DNA of 64,000 nucleotides from Paraphysomonas bandaiensis. Its lineage: Eukaryota; Protista; Chrysophyceae. The stretch is taken from the NCBI GenBank assembly GCA_965644295.1, contig CBFFRP010000559.1:14207-78206 (forward strand). The letters run 5' to 3'. A program made the translations under genes and the position numbers. This document shows positions 58,001 through 64,000 of the stretch, in pieces. Positions within the stretch are counted from its first letter, which is position 1, and every line of letters begins with the position of its first letter. A model generated the notes under the pieces. That model was not told where the DNA came from, made no database searches, and saw nothing but the letters and a program-made list of their open reading frames with translations.

Positions 58001-61000
58001 AGTGCACATGTATCTTACATCTATACGGATCCAGTCTTCCATGCATACATATACATATATAGTGTATAGTGCACATGTATCTTACATCTATACGGATCCA
58101 GTCTTCCATACATATACATATATAGTGTATAGTGCACATGTATCTTACATCTATACGGATCCAGTCTTCCATGCATACATATACATATATAGTGTATAGT
58201 GCACATGTATCTTACATCTATACGGATCCAGTCTTCCATCATACATATACATATATAGTGTATAGTGCACATGTATCTTACATCTATACGGATCCAGTCT
58301 TCCATACATATACATATATAGTGTATAGTGCACATGTATCTTACATCTATACGGATCCAGTCTTCCATACATATACATATATAGTGTATAGTGCACATGT
58401 ATCTTACATCTATACGGATCCAGTCTTCCATACATATACATATATAGTGTATAGTGCACATGTATCTTACATCTATACGGATCCAGTCTTCCATACATAT
58501 ACATATATAGTGTATAGTGCACATGTATCTTACATCTATACGGATCCAGTCTTCCATACATATACATATATAGTGTATAGTGCACATGTATCTTACATCT
58601 ATACGGATCCAGTCTTCCATACATATACATATATAGTGTATAGTGCACATGTATCTTACATCTATACGGATCCAGTCTTCCATACATATACATATATGTA
58701 TAGTGTATAGTGCACATGTATCTTACATCTATACGGATCCAGTCTTCCATACATATACATATATAGTGTATAGTGCACATGTATCTTACATCTATACGGA
58801 TCCAGTCTTCCATACATATACATATATAGTGTATAGTGCACATGTATCTTACATCTATACGGATCCAGTCTTCCATACATATACATATATAGTGTATAGT
58901 GCACATGTATCTTACATCTATACGGATCCAGTCTTCCATACATATACATATATAGTGTATAGTGCACATGTATCTTACATCTATACGGATCCAGTCTTCC
59001 ATACATATACATATATAGTGTATAGTGCACATGTATCTTACATCTATACGGATCCAGTCTTCCATACATACATATACATATATAGTGTATAGTGCACATG
59101 TATCTTACATCTATACGGATCCAGTCTTCCATACATATACATATATAGTGTATAGTGCACATGTATCTTACATCTATACGGATCCAGTCTTCCATACATA
59201 CATATACATACATATATAGTGTATAGTGCACATGTATCTTACATCTATACGGATCCAGTCTTCCATACATATACATATATAGTGTATAGTGCACATGTAT
59301 CTTACATCTATACGGATCCAGTCTTCCATGCATACATATACATATATAGTGTATAGTGCACATGTATCTTACATCTATACGGATCCAGTCTTCCATGCAT
59401 ACATATACATATATAGTGTATAGTGCACATGTATCTTACATCTATACGGATCCAGTCTTCCATACATATACATATATAGTGTATAGTGCACATGTATCTT
59501 ACATCTATACGGATCCAGTCTTCCATACATATACATATATAGTGTATAGTGCACATGTATCTTACATCTATACGGATCCAGTCTTCCATACATACATATA
59601 CATACATATATAGTGTATAGTGCACATGTATCTTACATCTATACGGATCCAGTCTTCCATACATATACATATATAGTGTATAGTGCACATGTATCTTACC
59701 TCTATACGGATCCAGTCTTCCATACATATACATATATAGTGTATAGTGCACATGTATCTTACATCTATACGGATCCAGTCTTCCATACATATACATATAT
59801 AGTGTATAGTGCACATGTATCTTACATCTATACGGATCCAGTCTTCCATACATATACATATATAGTGCACATGTATCTTACATCTATACGGATCCAGTCT
59901 TCCATACATACATATACATACATATATAGTGTATAGTGCACATGTATCTTACATCTATACGGATCCAGTCTTCCATACATATACATATATAGTGTATAGT
60001 GCACATGTATCTTACATCTATACGGATCCAGTCTTCCATACATATACATATATAGTGTATAGTGCACATGTATCTTACATCTATACGGATCCAGTCTTCC
60101 ATACATATACATATATAGTGTATAGTGCACATGTATCTTACATCTATACGGATCCAGTCTTCCATACATATACATATATAGTGTATAGTGCACATGTATC
60201 TTACATCTATACGGATCCAGTCTTCCATACATATACATATATAGTGTATAGTGCACATGTATCTTACATCTATACGGATCCAGTCTTCCATACATATACA
60301 TATATAGTGTATAGTGCACATGTATCTTACATCTATACGGATCCAGTCTTCCATACATATACATATATAGTGTATAGTGCACATGTATCTTACATCTATA
60401 CGGATCCAGTCTTCCATACATACATATATAGTGTATAGTGCACATGTATCTTACATCTATACGGATCCAGTCTTCCATACATATACATATATAGTGTATA
60501 GTGCACATGTATCTTACATCTATACGGATCCAGTCTTCCATACATACATATATAGTGTATAGTGCACATGTATCTTACATCTATACGGATCCAGTCTTCC
60601 ATACATATACATATATAGTGTATAGTGCACATGTATCTTACATCTATACGGATCCAGTCTTCCATACATATACATATATAGTGTATAGTGCACATGTATC
60701 TTACATCTATACGGATCCAGTCTTCCATACATACATATATAGTGTATAGTGCACATGTATCTTACATCTATACGGATCCAGTCTTCCATACATATACATA
60801 TATAGTGTATAGTGCACATGTATCTTACATCTATACGGATCCAGTCTTCCATGCGTCTCTCTGCATCTGCACTGAATAAACAGTCCCAATTCTTGATAGT
60901 TTTTTTTAATTTTAAAACTTCTTTTAAATATGGATTTGATTGTTTTTCTTCATGACTTTGATTTGTTTCTGATGTTTTCAGTCTCTTCATAGCTGCATTA

Positions 61001-61115
61001 ATCAACAATTACACTCATACCCCTCCATCTCTCCATATACACACATACACACACCTGTTGATCTTAAGAATGATAATTTACGTTTTTTATTAATAGTTTT
61101 ATTAAAATCTTTCAT
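55023..61115 (-). CDS. SAM-dependent methyltransferase-like protein; intron 2 expanded to ~4.6 kb
   Basis: Spliced reading MKDFNK...ERRMEDWIRID|VLGQPLLEKYAWAIPTPEAL...PIVEIG|AGKGYWSYLL...VLPYD...TLFLCYPDE contains motif I (EIGAGKG). Confidence 0.78.
56254..60852. repeat. ~63-bp minisatellite, ~73 units, derived from the exon-2/intron-2 junction of the methyltransferase-like gene
   Basis: Minus-strand unit ATGGAAGACTGGATCCGTATAGAT|GTAAGATACATGTGCACTATACACTATATATGTATATGT; length variants of ~56-71 nt. Confidence 0.97.
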
Positions 61116-61195
61116 CTTTTAATGAGAATTATGGGATGGATTGGCTTTATTTCAATGTATGTATATGGATTGAGATGATGTGAGATGTGTATCAG

Positions 61196-61330
61196 AGTCA
61201 GCATCTTATTATTCGGAAATAAATTGAAGTAAAAATTGTCTATAGTACATACATACAACTACAGCTGGAATACTGATAATTATTGTCTCAATATTAGAGG
61301 CATCTTTGAACAAAAATACACAAAGGATGC
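61196..61330. repeat. Dispersed repeat family C, copy 2 (promoter-proximal)
   Basis: Closely similar to 44721-44846; ends in an imperfect hairpin GCATCTTTG...CAAAGGATGC. Confidence 0.9.
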
Positions 61331-61518
61331 CGATACGTGAGACTGCTATTAACAACACCAACTCTACGACTCTTCACTATGAACAAACTCATTCCATAAA
61401 TATGCCAGTTTTAGTTACAAAAACTCAACTATTTTGAAATTTTCCTTGTTTTATAGATGTGAAAATTTCCCTCCCCCCAAAAAAACAACCCCCATCCACT
61501 TCTATATACCGTCTCTTG

Positions 61519-61590
61519 GGTCTGGTCTGGTCTGGCCTGGTCTGGTCTGGTCTGGTCTGGCCTGGTCTGGTCTGGCCTGGTATGGTCTGG
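61519..61590. repeat. (GGTCT/GGCCT)n pentanucleotide microsatellite
   Basis: About 14 units. Confidence 0.9.
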
Positions 61591-61894
61591 AAAATGCTGG
61601 GCCAAAGTGGGAGCTGTATGGAAGGGATGACCGGGTCCAAATAAGTCCATTTTTCATACCCAAAATCCCAAAACCCCTTAAAAAAACCAAATATTGGCTA
61701 TTTTTTAAGATTTTCTTAACTGACTTTTATATAAGTATAGATGGATATGGTAGTGAAGGTCTTGCATATTAACAAGAAGCGTGGAACAGTCAATGCATAA
61801 CTCTGATATCTTACAATATCATGCTACGATAGTTGCTGATATCATCATTGTATGCATCAAAATGCAACCATCTCCACTTTCACTCAATCACTGA

Positions 61895-62215
61895 CTCCTG
61901 CTGACTTCAGGATGGTTGAGTCCTTCAGATGAGCAGCTCGGATGCTTGACTTCAGCATGCATCTCACTGTCCCGGATGCCCTTCAGATGGACCCTGTTCC
62001 TGGATGCCTGTGTATTCGTCAGAGCCCAGAGACGTCTACACAAGTAACACTTACATCAGTGTCCCTGCACTTGCACCACACAAGCAGGCTATGAGAGGGC
62101 GGAACTCTATCTGCTGACTGCGTATGCGGCTCACGTTATTTTCCCAAAGAAAACCTCTCCGGTACTTATCCCCCAGAACACCACGAAAAGATGCGAGTTC
62201 GACTTTGTTGAGGGC
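61895..62215 (-). repeat. Dispersed repeat family A, copy 3
   Basis: Reverse-complement match to 47155-47410 and direct match to 62815-63087. Confidence 0.88.
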
Positions 62216-62604
62216 TCATAGAAATATCATCGTAACATCTGCATTCATCTCACCACTATATGTAACCGTCAGATATATATCCATTTTAATGTAACGAATA
62301 TTAACGTCAATTTCTATATGTTATTAGTGTGTATTTAATTGTACTGTTGTTTACCTGGGATCATGAAATTTGGATTGTCACTAAAGAATGGCCTCATAAT
62401 CCTAATTTCATGACAAAATTTGAAGTTGACCAACACTTGGACAATGGATTGTGTCATAAGGAATGTAATTTACCATTTATGCAATTTTTGTCGCTAGATA
62501 ACATATAAAATATACAAGATACTTCCTGTTCACACTCAATGCTATAATTATAAATTATGATGAATCTCACATATCATTCATTGTCATTCGCCAAATTACA
62601 TATA

Positions 62605-63087
62605 TATTGAAAGTCTTATTATTAGCAATAGGCGTTAAAAACCTGCACCAACTTAGTAGCTAGATGAATGCTAGACATACTAGTTAGACTTCTACTTGTA
62701 ACTAATCAGCAAACACTTTTTTCATCCTACTACTTAACGCTACGGAAGCTGCTTGTGCGTCACCGCAATCACCAAGGTGCGACCACTTCCACTCTGAGTT
62801 CTTAAGGTGAACATCCCGGATGCTTGACTTCAGCAGGCAGCCCAATACCCCGGTTACCCTTCAGGTGGGCCCTGTCCCGGATGCCTGTTTATTCGTCAGG
62901 GCCCAAAGACGTCTACACAAGTGACACTTATTGGTGTCCCTTGTACCACACAAGCACATGGCTATGAGAGGGCAGAACTCTATCTGCTGACTGCGTATGC
63001 GGCTCACGTTAGTTTTCCAGAGAGAATCTGTCCGGTACTTATCCTCCAGAACACCACGAAAAGGTGCGAGTTCGACTTTGTTGAGGG
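62605..63087 (-). repeat. Dispersed repeat family A, copy 4 (near full length)
   Basis: Reverse-complement match to 47155-47650. Confidence 0.88.
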
Positions 63088-63667
63088 AAATTTACACTAT
63101 CTCAAGTACCAATCATTTTCATACGATCTTATACAGTCAGTATATTTCAGCTTCACTACTCATGATTACCATAATCTCAATAGTGCATGTAATACTGCGA
63201 ATAACAACTGTATTCCTTCATGTAACGGTCATAGAACTTCAGCTTTTCATTGCCATCAAATAGCAAAGCTCAATATAAAAATTACTCCAAACTCAAGATA
63301 TTGTATGATCACATTGTTATGATAGTGTGATTGATTTGAAACCGCTAGTACTAATATTTATCTACAACCATTTATTCAGTTGATTTTATAATACACACGA
63401 CTTGTATATATATAGGAGTAGATTTCATTTCAACTCATGCTGGACCATATGCTTTATGTAAGAATAATAGAACTATTCTCACATTGAATATCGTAGGAAA
63501 AAGCGCTGCTGTTCTTTCGAGTACTAACCAAGAAGTAGATAGTGTAAACACTTTGTTAAAATTCTAATTATAAAACTGCTTATATATTTATTATCTCTCA
63601 TCTTCAAGCTCGTTCTATGTCAAAATCGTTATCAACAAAACAATAACATAATCCACTTGTCCTACAT

Positions 63668-63954
63668 TTACTCCTGCAGTGGCATTTCTATACTACCGTA
63701 ATTATAATCTTTAGTCTTCGAAGAATTGTGCGAAGTAATTTTATTGCCTGTATGCGGCGACGATGTAACTGTGTTGTATCTTCGCATAATCTCTGGCGTG
63801 GTCATGTGAGTAGCAGTTACCCCTCTTTGAAGAGCCCTCACATGCTTCTCAACAATCACAGTGGCTTGCTTTAACACATCTAAAGCCGCCGTACTCGCCT
63901 CCAATGGATTCGAAGAATCATCATTCGAAACAAGAAGAGAGCGCTCATCATCTA
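63668..63954 (-). CDS. Last exon of a probable second CRT-like transporter paralog (gene continues beyond window)
   Basis: ASTAALDVLKQATVIVEKHVRALQRG...HMTTPEIMRRYNTVTSSPHTG is nearly identical to the tail encoded at 6400-6556; a polypyrimidine tract and CAG acceptor lie at ~63955. Confidence 0.85.
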
Positions 63955-64000
63955 CTGCACAAAAAAATTTAGAAAAAAAACAACAACAATACATTACATG

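Noticed and set aside
56235-60889. Many overlapping ORFs in the 63-bp array, and a possible CRISPR array
   Set aside because: The units are head-to-tail with no unique spacers, there are no cas genes and the context is a eukaryotic intron; the ORFs are repeat translations.
62880-62905. Hammerhead ribozyme (CTGACGA on the minus strand) in repeat family A
   Set aside because: No correctly placed stem II/GAAA/UH elements were found, and the core is altered in the 47-kb copy.
63060-63090. tRNA or tRNA-derived SINE head (GAGTTCGACT, B-box-like) in repeat family A
   Set aside because: TTCGA is not conserved in two of the four copies, the T-stem pairs poorly, and no cloverleaf or A-box was found.
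62921-63322. 133-aa ORF
   Set aside because: Overlaps non-coding repeat family A, the frame does not appear preserved in the other copies, and it has no recognisable motif.

Overview
Eukaryotic nuclear DNA: AT-rich, gene-dense, with many short GT-AG introns and the standard genetic code. Gene content (CDPK, CRT-like transporters, PT-repeat secreted protein, oomycete-type transposase relic) suggests a stramenopile protist, possibly chrysophyte-like; this is inference. Hand splicing supports 13 protein-coding genes plus the 3' end of a fourteenth. They are: a coiled-coil/FCS-type Zn-finger protein, a CRT-like transporter (with an inverted paralog at the right edge), a tandem dCache receptor interrupted by one in-frame TAG, CDPK, RAD51, CCT2, a vWA protein, a PhyH dioxygenase, a large RING-like/LRR protein, a PT-repeat secreted protein, an Orai-like channel fused to a PH domain, an MFS transporter and a SAM-methyltransferase-like protein. 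Non-coding structure is strongly organised. (TATG)n arrays sit at gene 5' ends and divergent promoters, and large minisatellites sit in 5'-proximal introns, one being an amplified exon/5'-splice-site junction (~73 copies). An identical 189-bp element occurs in two adjacent CDPK introns, and there are three dispersed repeat families. The best novelty candidates are the Orai-PH fusion, the splice-donor array and the TSS-linked ApT-rich repeat architecture. Exon boundaries and copy numbers were derived by eye and are approximate.
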